Assembly: GCA_046075565.1 (NCBI GenBank)
Contig: JBJTQJ010000038.1
Location: 1 to 38,477, forward strand
DNA length: 38,477 nt
Direction: 5' to 3'
Source of the DNA: Verrucomicrobiales bacterium
Lineage (GTDB): Bacteria; Verrucomicrobiota; Verrucomicrobiia; Verrucomicrobiales; SLCJ01
A program made the position numbers and the translations under genes. Positions 1 to 9,430 of this stretch are shown one piece after another; the first letter of the stretch is position 1; each line of letters starts with the position of its first letter. Below the pieces are notes generated by a model. The model was not told the DNA's origin and did no database searches. It was given only the letters and a program-made list of their open reading frames with translations.

Positions 1-99
1 CGATGGACACTGCTCTTGACGCGAATTCTGCGCCGATGGCTGGGCGGCAAATGGCTTCCCGGACTACCCGATGAGGCAAAACTGCTCTTGAGCGGATGA
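1..99 (+). CDS. C-terminal fragment of putative IS1380-family transposase
   Basis: Open frame from the window start to TGA at 97-99; family assigned by recognition of a short stretch only. Confidence 0.5.
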   Translation, partial: RWTLLLTRILRRWLGGKWLPGLPDEAKLLLSG

Positions 100-186
100 A
101 AATATCCCGCCGAACCTTTCAGATTTTAACATGCCCCGCGCATACATCAGAGGTGGCATTCCAACGTGCCCATTTTCCTTTCTAGG
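1..186 (+). mobile_element. Right end of a probable IS1380-family insertion sequence (partial, runs off the window)
   Basis: Frame +1 is open from 1 to TGA at 97-99 (RWTLLLTRILRRWLGGKWLPGLPDEAKLLLSG*), resembling IS1380-type transposase C-termini. The segment ends ...TTTCTAGG at 186 (CCTAGA on the minus strand, like the ISEcp1/IS1380 IR start), followed by AT-rich ATAAA, exactly where the carbamoyltransferase homology stops. Confidence 0.6.
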
Positions 187-399
187 ATAAAATACCACGA
201 AGTCCAAATCTTTCGCGGTCACTCCGGCCTCGGTGAGGCATGCTTCCACCGCCCGACCCGGAAACCCGGAATCATGTTTGACCCGGGAAAACCGCTCTTC
301 CTGGGCCGTCGCCACGATTTCGCCACCGCGCAACAAGGCGGCCGCCGCATCATGGAAGTATGCGGAGATCCCCAGAACAAGACGACTGTCATGGGCCAT
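187..399 (-). pseudogene. Carbamoyltransferase (NodU/CmcH family), N-terminal fragment, interrupted
   Basis: VLGISAYFHDAAAALLRGGEIVATAQEERFSRVKHDSGFP...DLDFVVFY is the hallmark N-terminus. The expected YEKP continuation is replaced by unrelated sequence beyond position 187. Confidence 0.85.
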
Positions 400-518
400 G
401 CTCGCCAATCTATCAGGTTTGAAAGCGCGGGCAATATGGGATCCTCCAGACCCGCGCTTTTGATCTCCGCAACGGGCGCGGGATGAAAGAGGCTGGAAAA
501 GGAAGGCGTTTCATCACC

Positions 519-1268
519 ATGACCTCCCGGCAATTCTTCAGCGTCTTGGCAATCTTTTCTCTCGCGGCTCTCCCGGTCTTCGCCCAGGATGCGGTGAAGG
601 GCGCGCCCTATACCCCGGCGAAGGACATGAAGGGATCATGGGCCTTCCAGCCCGACCCGAAACTTCCCAATGTGCTCATTCTCGGTGACTCCATTTCCAT
701 CGGCTACACCCTGGAAACGAGGAAGCTGCTCGCGGGCAAAGCGAATGTCTTCCGGCCCGTTCGCAAGGATGGCAAAGGACCGGAGAACTGCGGCGACACG
801 CCCATGGGATTGGCCGGTCTGGACAAATGGCTGGGCGACCGGAAATGGGCGGTTATTCATTTCAACTGGGGGCTATGGGATCTTTGTTACCGTCATCCTG
901 ATTCCAAGTCGCAGGGCAATCGCGACAAGGTGAAAGGCAAGGTGTCCACCAAACCAGAGGATTATGAAAAGAATCTGGAAAAGCTGGTCGCCCGGCTCAA
1001 AGCCACGGGGGCGAAGTTGATCTGGGCCAATACAACCCTGGTTCCGGAGGGTGAAGCCGGGCGTTTTGTCGGAGATGACGAGAAATACAATGCCATCGCG
1101 CGCAAAGTGATGGAACGGAACGGGATTCCAATCAACGATCTCCACGCGATGACCAAGGCCTTTCCCGCCGACCATTTTACCGGACCCGGCGACGTGCATT
1201 TCACGAACCAGGCGAGCGCGAAGCTGGCCGCGAAAGTGGCGGAGGAGATCGGAAAACAGTTGCCGTGA
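519..1268 (+). CDS. SGNH/GDSL hydrolase family protein, secreted
   Basis: Signal peptide (…LAALPVFA-QD), GDSISIG block I, FNWGLWD, DVHF catalytic motif; alternative start at 483. Confidence 0.9.
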   Translation: MTSRQFFSVLAIFSLAALPVFAQDAVKGAPYTPAKDMKGSWAFQPDPKLPNVLILGDSISIGYTLETRKLLAGKANVFRPVRKDGKGPENCGDTPMGLAGLDKWLGDRKWAVIHFNWGLWDLCYRHPDSKSQGNRDKVKGKVSTKPEDYEKNLEKLVARLKATGAKLIWANTTLVPEGEAGRFVGDDEKYNAIARKVMERNGIPINDLHAMTKAFPADHFTGPGDVHFTNQASAKLAAKVAEEIGKQLP

Positions 1269-1284
1269 AGCCGTCTTGGCTTGC

Positions 1285-2103
1285 TCACGCGTAAATCCGC
1301 CGGCAATTGTCGATGATGGTTTGCAGATGGACGTGTTGGTTTTCCGACCACCATTTGCGGGAGAATACTTCGACTTCGGCGCGGCCGCTGAACCCACAAC
1401 CACGGACAATACCGTCGATTTCGCGTAGCGGGATCACGCCTTCACCGGGAAGTCCGCGATCGAGAAGGAAGTCGTCCATGGTTTGTTTCCAATCGCAGAT
1501 ATGGTAGGCGAAGAGCCGGTCCGCGGCAGCGCAACGTTTGGTTTCCGCTTCGAGAGCGATGTCCCACCAGACGTGGAAAACATCGAGGGCGATCCCGACC
1601 ATTGGGTGACCGATGGAGTCGCAAAGGTCGTTGGCGATCTTCATGGTTGGAATGGCCGAGCGGTCGGCGCAATACATCGGGTGCAGCGGCTCGATGGCGA
1701 GTTTGACGCCCGCGTTGGTGGCCTCCGGCGCGAGGACGGCAAGGCCGTCGCGGATCTGATCGAAGTTTTCCCTCGGGGTCTGGCCGGGAGTTGCCCCGCA
1801 CACCATGACCATCATCGGCAGACCGAGGGCCTCACATTCACGCAGGGCGGCACGGTTCTTCTCCAGCGCGGCGGCGCGATCTTCGGCCGTACGCCCGGTG
1901 AAAAATCCCCCGCGCACGTAAGAAATCTTCTCCAGTCCGGAGTCATCGAGATGTTTTTTCACCTTGGCGAGATCGCAGCCGGCGACCGTTTCGCGCCAAA
2001 TGGAAATGCCACCGATGCCGGCGCGGGCATAGTTCTCGATACATTCGGAGATCGACCACGGTTTGGTCGTGAAGGTGTGGATAGCGAGACGGGATGGATC
2101 CAT
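1285..2103 (-). CDS. Sugar phosphate isomerase/epimerase (xylose-isomerase-like TIM barrel, AP_endonuc_2)
   Basis: LAIEPLHP, LDVFHVWWD, YHICDW, DRGLPGEGVI and EVEVFS metal-binding motifs. Confidence 0.9.
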   Translation of the reverse strand: MDPSRLAIHTFTTKPWSISECIENYARAGIGGISIWRETVAGCDLAKVKKHLDDSGLEKISYVRGGFFTGRTAEDRAAALEKNRAALRECEALGLPMMVMVCGATPGQTPRENFDQIRDGLAVLAPEATNAGVKLAIEPLHPMYCADRSAIPTMKIANDLCDSIGHPMVGIALDVFHVWWDIALEAETKRCAAADRLFAYHICDWKQTMDDFLLDRGLPGEGVIPLREIDGIVRGCGFSGRAEVEVFSRKWWSENQHVHLQTIIDNCRRIYA

Positions 2104-2130
2104 GGTTTTGTTCGATGGTGGATGGGTGGA

Positions 2131-3120
2131 TCAAATCTTGCGGGTCGTTCCGCCTTGGAGAAGTTTGCCGCGCAGGAGGGCGGATTCTTGAACCGGTTCA
2201 CGGTCAAGGATTTTGGCGGCGAGCCGGCGACCGGCGGCCTGGGCCAACTCCCGCACGGGCAGGGAAAAGGTCGTGAGCAACGGACGTGACAAGCGGCGCA
2301 AGGGCGAGTCATCGAATCCGGTAACGGCGATTTTTTCCGGAACCATGATTCCGAGTCCGCGCACTTCCTCGAGCACGAGCATGCCGACGATATCATTCAC
2401 CGCGACAATGGCGTTGGCCTTGGCGGCGATTTTGGTGATGGCTTTGCTATTGATTGAGTCGAGATGTGGGAATACCCGCACGGGCTCCGGAGGCAGAGTC
2501 AACCCCATTGCGGTGGCGGTCTCGAGAAAGGCATGGCTGCGTTCATCATGGATTTCGCCGAGTCGTTCGACGCTGACGAAGATGGGACGCAGCTTCGGAA
2601 TGCCTGCGGAAAGATGACCGAGCAGGGAGCGGATACCATCGGCCTGATCAAGACCAAGGCAGGGTAGATCGGGAATGTTGCGGTTCAGAACGACAAAAGG
2701 AACCTGCTCTTCGCGCAATTTCGCGACGGTGGAATTGTCGGGACGATGGAAGGCGAAAACAAACGCGTCGGTATCGCCACCTTTTTTGTTAGGAAATGGC
2801 TCGAAATCGGGACGCGCGAGATCACACACGAGATTGATGGAGCTCTTCCCGAAGCCCGTGCGCAGTCCTTCGATCAAGTCCGTGACATCATAAAATAGCG
2901 AACGCGCGGGGTTGGCGGGTTTTGGAAGCACGAGCCGGACATGCAGGATGGCGCGGGAGCGCGGACGACGGATGGTGCGGGCCACATAGCCGAGAGCAGT
3001 GGCACAGGCTTCGACGCGGGCGCGGACTTCGCCACCGATGAGCCTTGAACCCTGAAGAGCGCGCGATACGGTCGCCGCGGAAAGCCCGGTCTCGCGTGCG
3101 ATATCGTAAATCGTGGCCAT
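2131..3120 (-). CDS. LacI-family transcriptional regulator
   Basis: MATIYDIARETGLSAATVSRAL HTH; C-terminal NDIVG…VPEKIAVTGFDDS…PLLTT. ATG at 3120. Confidence 0.92.
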   Translation of the reverse strand: MATIYDIARETGLSAATVSRALQGSRLIGGEVRARVEACATALGYVARTIRRPRSRAILHVRLVLPKPANPARSLFYDVTDLIEGLRTGFGKSSINLVCDLARPDFEPFPNKKGGDTDAFVFAFHRPDNSTVAKLREEQVPFVVLNRNIPDLPCLGLDQADGIRSLLGHLSAGIPKLRPIFVSVERLGEIHDERSHAFLETATAMGLTLPPEPVRVFPHLDSINSKAITKIAAKANAIVAVNDIVGMLVLEEVRGLGIMVPEKIAVTGFDDSPLRRLSRPLLTTFSLPVRELAQAAGRRLAAKILDREPVQESALLRGKLLQGGTTRKI

Positions 3121-3154
3121 GGCTTGGGGACGCGGCGAACCCTGCGCCGGGCCT

Positions 3155-3172
3155 TGCAAGTATTGCATGCAA
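3155..3172. promoter_or_regulatory. Candidate operator upstream of the LacI gene
   Basis: TGCAA-GTA-TTGCA inverted repeat (3155-3167) overlapping a perfect palindrome TTGCATGCAA (3163-3172), about 35-50 bp upstream of the LacI start. Confidence 0.3.
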
Positions 3173-3420
3173 CAAAGGCGCGTCAAGGGGCGGGTGAGTG
3201 GACTTCGAAGCACGGTGGAGGTTGAGGCTTATTCCCCACGGACGTTTGGGGACAAACGTCCCTGCCCTTGCCTTGGGGACGAGTTAGTCAGATGGCGATC
3301 GCGGCTCGAACGGATCAGGCCGGGACATGCGAACCACGGTCCGAAAACGTTGCCGGCCGTTTCATCGGCATGGACCGCTGTCCCAGCGGTCCGTGGCAAG
3401 AGAGGTGCTCGTGGGTGCCG

Positions 3421-5658
3421 CTACGCGGAGGGCCTCAAGTTGTCATTCGCGCTTGGAAGGAAGAGCAAACGCAGGCTATTTAGGCAAACGACGACCGTGC
3501 TGCCTTCGTGGGCGAACACGCCGAGCGAGAGTGGCACCGAGCCGGTGAGCGCGGCCACGACCATGACGACGACCGTGCCGAGGGCGATGGTGATATTCTG
3601 GCGGATGACGCGGCGCGCGGCATGGCTGAGAGCATGGGCGGCGAGGAAATTTTCAATCCGATCATGCATGAGCACGACCTCGCTCTGTTCGAGGGCGGCA
3701 TCGGAGCCCCGCGCACCCATGGCGATGGAAACATGGGCGGCGGCTAGGCTGGGGGCATCGTTGATCCCGTCGCCAACCATGGCCACGGTGCGACCGGAGT
3801 CCGAGAGACGGCGGATTTCCGCGACTTTATCCTCGGGATGCATGCCGGCCAGCACCTGCGACCGGGCGAGCCCCAATTCCTCCGCCACGGCATGGGCGGC
3901 TTCGGGACGATCCCCGGTCAACATGCGCGCCTCGATACCGGCGCGGGCTAGGCGGGCGAGCACGTCCTTCGATTCGGGACGCAGACGGTCACGCAGGAGG
4001 ATGCGTCCGAGCAAATTTTCCGCCACGACCCAGACTTCGGTTTGTCCGGGCGGTGGCCAGGCGATGTCCTTGAGTTTTTCCGCCAGTTCGCCTTGGCCGA
4101 GCAGGTCGCGTTTTCCTAACAAAACCTTGCCACCAGATGTTTCGGCGCGGATGCCACGTCCGGTCAGGTTCTCGAAGTGGCCTACTTCCTCCGCTTCGAT
4201 GCCTTGTTTTCTGCCGAAGGCGGTGATGGCGCGGGCGATGGGATGCGTCGAGTTCTTCTCGAGGGTCACAGCGAGTTTGGCCACCTCCTCTTCGCGACCG
4301 GGTGGGTAGCTCTCCACCACGGTCACTTGCAAATCACCGGTGGTGAGGGTTCCGGTTTTGTCCAGGCACACCGTGTCGATGGAAGCGAGTTTTTCCACGG
4401 CCGCACCACCGCGGAAAAGGATACCATGGCGGGCACCCCACGCGATGGCGGCGAGAATGGCGGAAGGAATGGAAAGCACGAGGGCACAGGGACTGGCTAC
4501 CACGAGCAGGGTCATGGCCCGATAGATGGCCGGATAACCGTGTGGTCCCTTTTCAAAGGCCGGTATGCCCGCGGCCAACCACCAGAAAAGAAAAACCGCC
4601 AGCGTCAACGCCAGCACGCCCCAGGTGTAGCCGGTGCCGAATTTGTCGGTGAAGCGCTGGCTCGGTGCCTTCGACTGCTGCGCCTCGCGGATCAGGGCAA
4701 TGATCTTCTGCAAGGCGCTGCGCCCGGACGGTCTGCTCACGCGAACGCGCACGACACCCCAGAGGTTCTGGGTGCCGCTGAAGACTTCATCGCCGGTCTC
4801 CTTGGAAATCGGGTTCGCTTCTCCTGTTAGAGCGGATTCGTCACTGGCCGTGGATCCGGAAACGACCACGCCATCGACGGGAAATTGATCACCCGGACGA
4901 ACGAGCAACATTTGCCCCGTGGCCACGGCGTCAACGGGCACGGTGTGTTCCGCGCCATCAGATTCGATGACGGTGGCCGAACGCGGGGCGGCGTGGAAAA
5001 GGGATTCGATTTCTTTCCGGGTCCGGTGGAGGGCGAAATGTTCGAGGGCACCGGAGGAGGAGAAAAGGAAAAGGAGCAGCGCGGCTTCTCCCCACGCCCC
5101 GAGCGCCGCCGACCCCGCCGCCGCCGCGAGCATGAGAAAATGGATATCCAGCGTGCCTTTGCGCAGGTTTTCCCAGGTATCCTTGGCGGCATCCCATCCA
5201 CCGGTGATAATGGCGATGCAATGGAAACCGATGGGGAGCCAGACGGGCGTGCCGCTGACTTTTCCGAGCACGTATCCGATGGTGCCACTCAGGCCGCAAA
5301 TGGCAGCGAGCACGGCCATCTCCCGCCATTCCGCGCCGGTTTCTGTTTCCCCTTCCTGCTTGGCGAGGGGAATTTCCCGCCATACCCAGAGCCGGGGAGA
5401 TGTCGGACAACTCGCCCGGCTCAAGCGGGTGCCGTCGTCGTCACTAGTAATGGTGACGCCAGGGACATGCGCGGATGCTCCCGCAGGGGTGGAACCGAGG
5501 ATCTCACGCAACTGGGCCGCGAGTTCCTTTTCGTCAACAGCGCCCAGGGTCGCAACGAGCACGCTGCGCCCGTGTTGCGGCACCTGAACGGCTTCGACGG
5601 CCGGAGTGTCTTGGAAAAGACGGCTCAGATTCGACCATTCGGGCGTGCTTGATGCCAT
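3421..5658 (-). CDS. Heavy-metal translocating P-type ATPase, P1B-4 subtype (Co/Zn/Fe/Cd-type exporter)
   Basis: TGE (LTGEA), SPC motif (VVASPCAL), DKTGTLT, THP, GDGINDAP and HEGST in the last TM segment. Confidence 0.93.
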   Translation of the reverse strand: MASSTPEWSNLSRLFQDTPAVEAVQVPQHGRSVLVATLGAVDEKELAAQLREILGSTPAGASAHVPGVTITSDDDGTRLSRASCPTSPRLWVWREIPLAKQEGETETGAEWREMAVLAAICGLSGTIGYVLGKVSGTPVWLPIGFHCIAIITGGWDAAKDTWENLRKGTLDIHFLMLAAAAGSAALGAWGEAALLLFLFSSSGALEHFALHRTRKEIESLFHAAPRSATVIESDGAEHTVPVDAVATGQMLLVRPGDQFPVDGVVVSGSTASDESALTGEANPISKETGDEVFSGTQNLWGVVRVRVSRPSGRSALQKIIALIREAQQSKAPSQRFTDKFGTGYTWGVLALTLAVFLFWWLAAGIPAFEKGPHGYPAIYRAMTLLVVASPCALVLSIPSAILAAIAWGARHGILFRGGAAVEKLASIDTVCLDKTGTLTTGDLQVTVVESYPPGREEEVAKLAVTLEKNSTHPIARAITAFGRKQGIEAEEVGHFENLTGRGIRAETSGGKVLLGKRDLLGQGELAEKLKDIAWPPPGQTEVWVVAENLLGRILLRDRLRPESKDVLARLARAGIEARMLTGDRPEAAHAVAEELGLARSQVLAGMHPEDKVAEIRRLSDSGRTVAMVGDGINDAPSLAAAHVSIAMGARGSDAALEQSEVVLMHDRIENFLAAHALSHAARRVIRQNITIALGTVVVMVVAALTGSVPLSLGVFAHEGSTVVVCLNSLRLLFLPSANDNLRPSA

Positions 5659-5775
5659 CTTTCACGATGCGGCGGTTCCGCGCTCTTGCAAGTCGCTCAT
5701 TACGGCTTTTCTTCCGGATAAATAAGCGGATATTGGAAAGGGCGGGCGCTTATTGTCCGAATCCATTTCAGTATC

Positions 5776-7107
5776 ATGAATCTTCCTCGTGCCCATCGAA
5801 TCCGCCGTGCGCCCGGCTCGTCGCAGACCACCATCGTGGTATTCACCGCCGTGGGGCTGGTGAGTGCGGCTTTGTTCTTCATTTTCACCCTTCCGAAGCT
5901 CAAGGAACGGGAAAAAGAAAAGGCCGCCGCCATTGAGCAGGCGCGTGCCGAGGCCGCCGCCCGCGCGGAAAATACAGAGGCTTCGCGCGCCGCCCCCGTG
6001 TCCAATCCGGAATCCGCTGTGCGTGGCATGGTGCTCAATCTGCAAACCAAAGGCGCGTCCGCCTTTCTGGATCTTCTCGGTCCAAAAGTTGTCACCCCGC
6101 CGGTGCTTGTCCAATTGGAGGAACTCCTTGGACCGAAGGGCTACGGCACCGATGCGAAAGACGCGGTTATTCCCATGGCGCGCGAGATCAACCGCGAGAC
6201 TTGGGGTGTGAGGTTGCGTCTGCGAGCGAAGCCGGAAATCACCAGTGCCATCGAAATGGATTTCGTCCGCCGCGATGATGGCACCTGGTTGGGTGAGGCA
6301 TTGCGACTGCCGCCCATGCCGGGGAAACTCACCGAGAATCCCGCGGAAGTCGGAAAGATCGCGCCCGACGCCGGAGCGATGGATATTGCCACGGCGTTCA
6401 TCAATGCCGTCGTCGCGCAGGACTTTCCTGCCGCCCGAGCAATGGTCGATCAGGGCAAGGTAGGCGACACGACCATCGCCGGACTTTGCATCCTCTTCGA
6501 AGAAGGTGCATTCAAACTCCGGGAGGAAAAACCCATCATTGCCACGGTGGCGCGCGAGGATGTCACCTGGTTGCTGGCCCACGTGACCAGCGCCCGTCTG
6601 GAGCAGGAATCGCGTTTCGGGCTCGTGCTCCAGCGCGACGCGGGCAAGCCGTGGTTGATCACCGAGGTGAATCTCGATCGGTTGCTCGCCAGTTACGCGG
6701 CCGGATTCGCGGAAGGCGACATCGAATACTTCCCGCTCGTGAAGAATCCAAAGGGCGGTGATTCGCTTGTTTTGTATTTCTCCTACGACTCCGACGAGTT
6801 GCACCCGCGCACGCGACGCCAGATCGAAATCGTGGCCGGTGTGCTCAAGGCCGATGCGGGGCGAAAACTCAAAATCTCCGGCCACACCGATGCTCTCGGG
6901 GGCCAGGATTATAATCTCGGGCTATCGCGCAACCGCGCCGACGCCGTGCGCGCCGCCATGATTGAGTCCGGCGTGCCCGCGGGCCAAATCACCATCGAAG
7001 GATTTGGAGCCGCCAAACCACGGGGCGAGAACTTCCGACCTGATGGCACCGACAATCCGGAGGGCAGACGCCTCAACCGCCGCGCCGAGATCTTGCTGGA
7101 TTTCTGA
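5776..7107 (+). CDS. Membrane-anchored OmpA-family peptidoglycan-binding domain protein
   Basis: N-terminal TM segment; C-terminal ISGHTD…YNLGLSRNRA…NRRAEI OmpA_C motif. Confidence 0.9.
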   Translation: MNLPRAHRIRRAPGSSQTTIVVFTAVGLVSAALFFIFTLPKLKEREKEKAAAIEQARAEAAARAENTEASRAAPVSNPESAVRGMVLNLQTKGASAFLDLLGPKVVTPPVLVQLEELLGPKGYGTDAKDAVIPMAREINRETWGVRLRLRAKPEITSAIEMDFVRRDDGTWLGEALRLPPMPGKLTENPAEVGKIAPDAGAMDIATAFINAVVAQDFPAARAMVDQGKVGDTTIAGLCILFEEGAFKLREEKPIIATVAREDVTWLLAHVTSARLEQESRFGLVLQRDAGKPWLITEVNLDRLLASYAAGFAEGDIEYFPLVKNPKGGDSLVLYFSYDSDELHPRTRRQIEIVAGVLKADAGRKLKISGHTDALGGQDYNLGLSRNRADAVRAAMIESGVPAGQITIEGFGAAKPRGENFRPDGTDNPEGRRLNRRAEILLDF

Positions 7108-7158
7108 GGTGGCAGCGCAGGAGGGGAATCTGGTAGATCCGTCGAGCTGCTATCTCTC

Positions 7159-7303
7159 GTAGCGGCACCGCTTCCGGTGCCGGAGAAACGATCTGCCATC
7201 TCGCTCGAGATGCGGAGTCCCCTCCCCGGAACGCGAAGGCGTTCCGCTACACCATGAGATTCCCATTTGAAGGCCTCCATAGCGCCACCGCTTCCGGTGC
7301 CGG
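7159..7303. repeat. REP cluster (inverted GTAG-REP pair plus a degenerate third copy)
   Basis: GTAG-CGGCACCG-CTTC-CGGTGCCG (7159-7182, +); GTAG-CGGAACGC-CTTC-GCGTTCCG (7227-7250, -); ATAG-CGCCACCG-CTTC-CGGTGCCG (7279-7302, +). Confidence 0.8.
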
Positions 7304-7325
7304 TGGCAAGCAGATCACAACGCGC

Positions 7326-7361
7326 AAAAAAAGACCGGCGGAGGGAACTCCGCCGGTCTTT
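7326..7361 (-). terminator. Intrinsic terminator of the Gfo/Idh/MocA gene (possibly bidirectional)
   Basis: Stem GACCGGCGGAG / CTCCGCCGGTC with a 4-nt loop; A7 on the left (U-tract on the minus strand) and TTT on the right. Confidence 0.85.
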
Positions 7362-7384
7362 CGATATTCTTTCGTCTGCGCCGT

Positions 7385-8542
7385 TCAGGAGAACGGCACC
7401 CACTTGACGTCGTTGTTGTAGCCGGAGGCCACGACGGCATCGATGAATTGCATGCCGCGGATACCGTCTTCGACACCGGGGAAGTCGAGCCATTCCGGCT
7501 TCGGTTCTTCGCCGTTCATGCGGGCGCGCACGGTGCGGGAGAAGTTCCGGTAGATGTTGGCGAAGGCCTCGAGGTAACCTTCCGGGTGACCACCGGGCGT
7601 GCGGGTATTGGCGGCGGCGGCCGAACCCATGAATCCGGTGCCGACGCGGTAAATTTCTATCGGGCGGTCGAGCCATTTGGCCAGGAGGGTGTTCGGCTCC
7701 TGCTGGTTCCATTCCAATCCTCCCTTGTCGCCGTAAACGCGGATCTTGATGGCATTTTCCTCACCGGCCGCGATCTGCGTGGCCATGAGCACGCCGCGGG
7801 CGCCATTGTCGAATCGAAGGAGCACCGCTCCGTCGTCATCCAACTGGCGGCCGGGCACGAAGACATTCAGCTCGGCGCACATCTCGGTGGTCTTCAGGCC
7901 GGTGACGTATTCAGCGAGGTGGTGGGCATGGGTGCCGATGTCGCCCATGGCGCCTGCTTTGCCGGAACGCTTCGGATCGGTGCGCCACGAAGCCTGTTGG
8001 TTGCCGGTGTCTTCGAGCTTCGCGGAGAGCCAGCCCTGAGGGTATTCCACGTAGATTTTGCGGATCTTGCCGAGTTTGCCTTCGGCGACCATCTGGCGGG
8101 CCTGCTTGACTGCCGGGAAACCGGAATACGTGTGGGTGAGAGCGAGGATCTGGCCGCTTTTTTCAACCTGCGCCTTCAGTTTCAGCGCCTCGTCGAGGGT
8201 GAGAGTGATGGGTTTGTCCACCACCACATGGAAACCATTCTCCAGCGCGATCATGGCCGGCTCGAAGTGGGCGAAATTCGGTGTGACAATCGTCACGAAA
8301 TCCATGCGCTCGCCCTCGGGCAATTGCTTCTCCTTCTCGAACATCTCGTGGAAGGAAGTGTAAACGCGGTCGTCCGGCAGATAGTAGGACTTGCCGGAGG
8401 ACTTGGAAATTTCGGGATTGATGCTGAAGCACCCGCAGACCAGTTCGATCTGGCCATCCATAAATGCGGCCAAACGGTGAATTGCTCCAATGAAGGCATC
8501 GCTGCCTCCTCCGACCATGCCCATGCGAAGTTTGCGATTCAT
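7385..8542 (-). CDS. Gfo/Idh/MocA family oxidoreductase
   Basis: GMVGGGSDAFIG Rossmann motif, VTPNFAH, VVDKP, GAMGDIGTH. Confidence 0.93.
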   Translation of the reverse strand: MNRKLRMGMVGGGSDAFIGAIHRLAAFMDGQIELVCGCFSINPEISKSSGKSYYLPDDRVYTSFHEMFEKEKQLPEGERMDFVTIVTPNFAHFEPAMIALENGFHVVVDKPITLTLDEALKLKAQVEKSGQILALTHTYSGFPAVKQARQMVAEGKLGKIRKIYVEYPQGWLSAKLEDTGNQQASWRTDPKRSGKAGAMGDIGTHAHHLAEYVTGLKTTEMCAELNVFVPGRQLDDDGAVLLRFDNGARGVLMATQIAAGEENAIKIRVYGDKGGLEWNQQEPNTLLAKWLDRPIEIYRVGTGFMGSAAAANTRTPGGHPEGYLEAFANIYRNFSRTVRARMNGEEPKPEWLDFPGVEDGIRGMQFIDAVVASGYNNDVKWVPFS

Positions 8543-8632
8543 AAATAATCTGTTTCGGGTGAGACGAAAAACCTTGGCCAGCCAGCCGCCCTCCGCAACC
8601 GGATTGTTGGATGGGGAGGGAATGACGAAACA

Positions 8633-8665
8633 CCCCTACTTCGCCAAGGCTACGAAGGGCAAGCC
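8633..8665. repeat. REP-like element (CTTCGCCAAGGCTACGAAGG type)
   Basis: CTACTTCGCCAAGGCTACGAAGGGCAAG, an imperfect hairpin resembling a widespread intergenic repeat type; single copy in this window. Confidence 0.5.
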
Positions 8666-8772
8666 AATTACCTAAGGAAATCCCAAATTCGAATTCCGAA
8701 ACGAGCGGCTCTTGGAAGCAAGTCCCATGGGCCGCGTGTCGAAGGTCCGGGGAGGGAAGGCAGGGGGCAAGG

Positions 8773-9303
8773 CTAATTTGCTTCCATTTCCGTATCCACC
8801 AATCGGGCGGTTAGGGGATCAAAGCGACCGGAAATGAATCCCTTGGGCGATTCAAGGCGGATGAGGATGGGTTCGAGGATGGACCGCGGCTCGAAACGCC
8901 AGACCTCGGGCTCTACAATCTCCTTCCATTCCGGCCAGGTCGTGCGCTTCAGAAACAGCTTCATGTCCGGTTCGAGTTCCACCACCCGGATTGGTTTGGG
9001 GAGGGGGGCATCCTCGGGCGGCAAGGCACCGATGTTAAAGACCCCACATCGATTCTTCTCGAAAACCACCATCCACGGACGTTGATCCTCGAGCACGCCG
9101 CTGTAAGCGGTGCGGGCCAGACTCTCGATGGCCGACATGCGATCCTCGAGCGCGCGTTGGGATTTGAATCCCCGAAAGAGCACGACACCCATGGTGAGCA
9201 CCACGGCGGTCACCATCACCGCGAGCATGATCTCGAGGATGGTGAAGCCGTGGCGGCGGGATGGCCTGGCGGCGGGCGTGGTTTGGGATTCGTTCGGTTT
9301 CAT
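8773..9303 (-). CDS. Minor pseudopilin (GspH/FimT-like) with prepilin cleavage/methylation motif
   Basis: RRHG|FTILEIMLAVMVTAVVL class III signal with E5; ATG at 9303. Confidence 0.85.
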   Translation of the reverse strand: MKPNESQTTPAARPSRRHGFTILEIMLAVMVTAVVLTMGVVLFRGFKSQRALEDRMSAIESLARTAYSGVLEDQRPWMVVFEKNRCGVFNIGALPPEDAPLPKPIRVVELEPDMKLFLKRTTWPEWKEIVEPEVWRFEPRSILEPILIRLESPKGFISGRFDPLTARLVDTEMEAN

Positions 9304-9334
9304 GTGGTATCCGAGGGGAAGTTTTTTTGTGCGG

Positions 9335-9430
9335 TAGGGCAAGACCGGGACCCCGACAGCGTCGGGGCTACGATGGGCGTGGGTGGGTCGAGCTGGATTC
9401 CGGGACTGTAGCAAGAGCGTGCCGCTCTTG
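9335..9430. repeat. REP cluster and left direct repeat flanking the RAYT gene
   Basis: Minus-strand GTAG-CCCCGAC-GCT-GTCGGGG (9351-9371); plus-strand GTAG-CAAGAGCG-TGC-CGCTCTTG (9408-9430); 9335-9403 is repeated at 10111-10172. Confidence 0.85.

Noticed and set aside
9-91. 11-bp direct repeat ACTGCTCTTGA
   Set aside because: Both copies encode LLL in the putative transposase frame and are probably coincidental.
5776-5900. RRAPG|SSQTT N-terminus of the OmpA protein as a prepilin cleavage site
   Set aside because: No hydrophobic +1 residue and no E5; a plain TM anchor is more parsimonious.
7159-7303. Spaced palindromic repeats as a mini-CRISPR array
   Set aside because: Copies alternate in orientation, differ in sequence, carry GTAG ends, and no cas genes are present; REP fits better.
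8621-8702. Degenerate heptamer-like run (AATGACG…AAATCCC AAATTCG AATTCCG) around the REP-like element
   Set aside because: Too short and degenerate to support as a tandem repeat or an element remnant.
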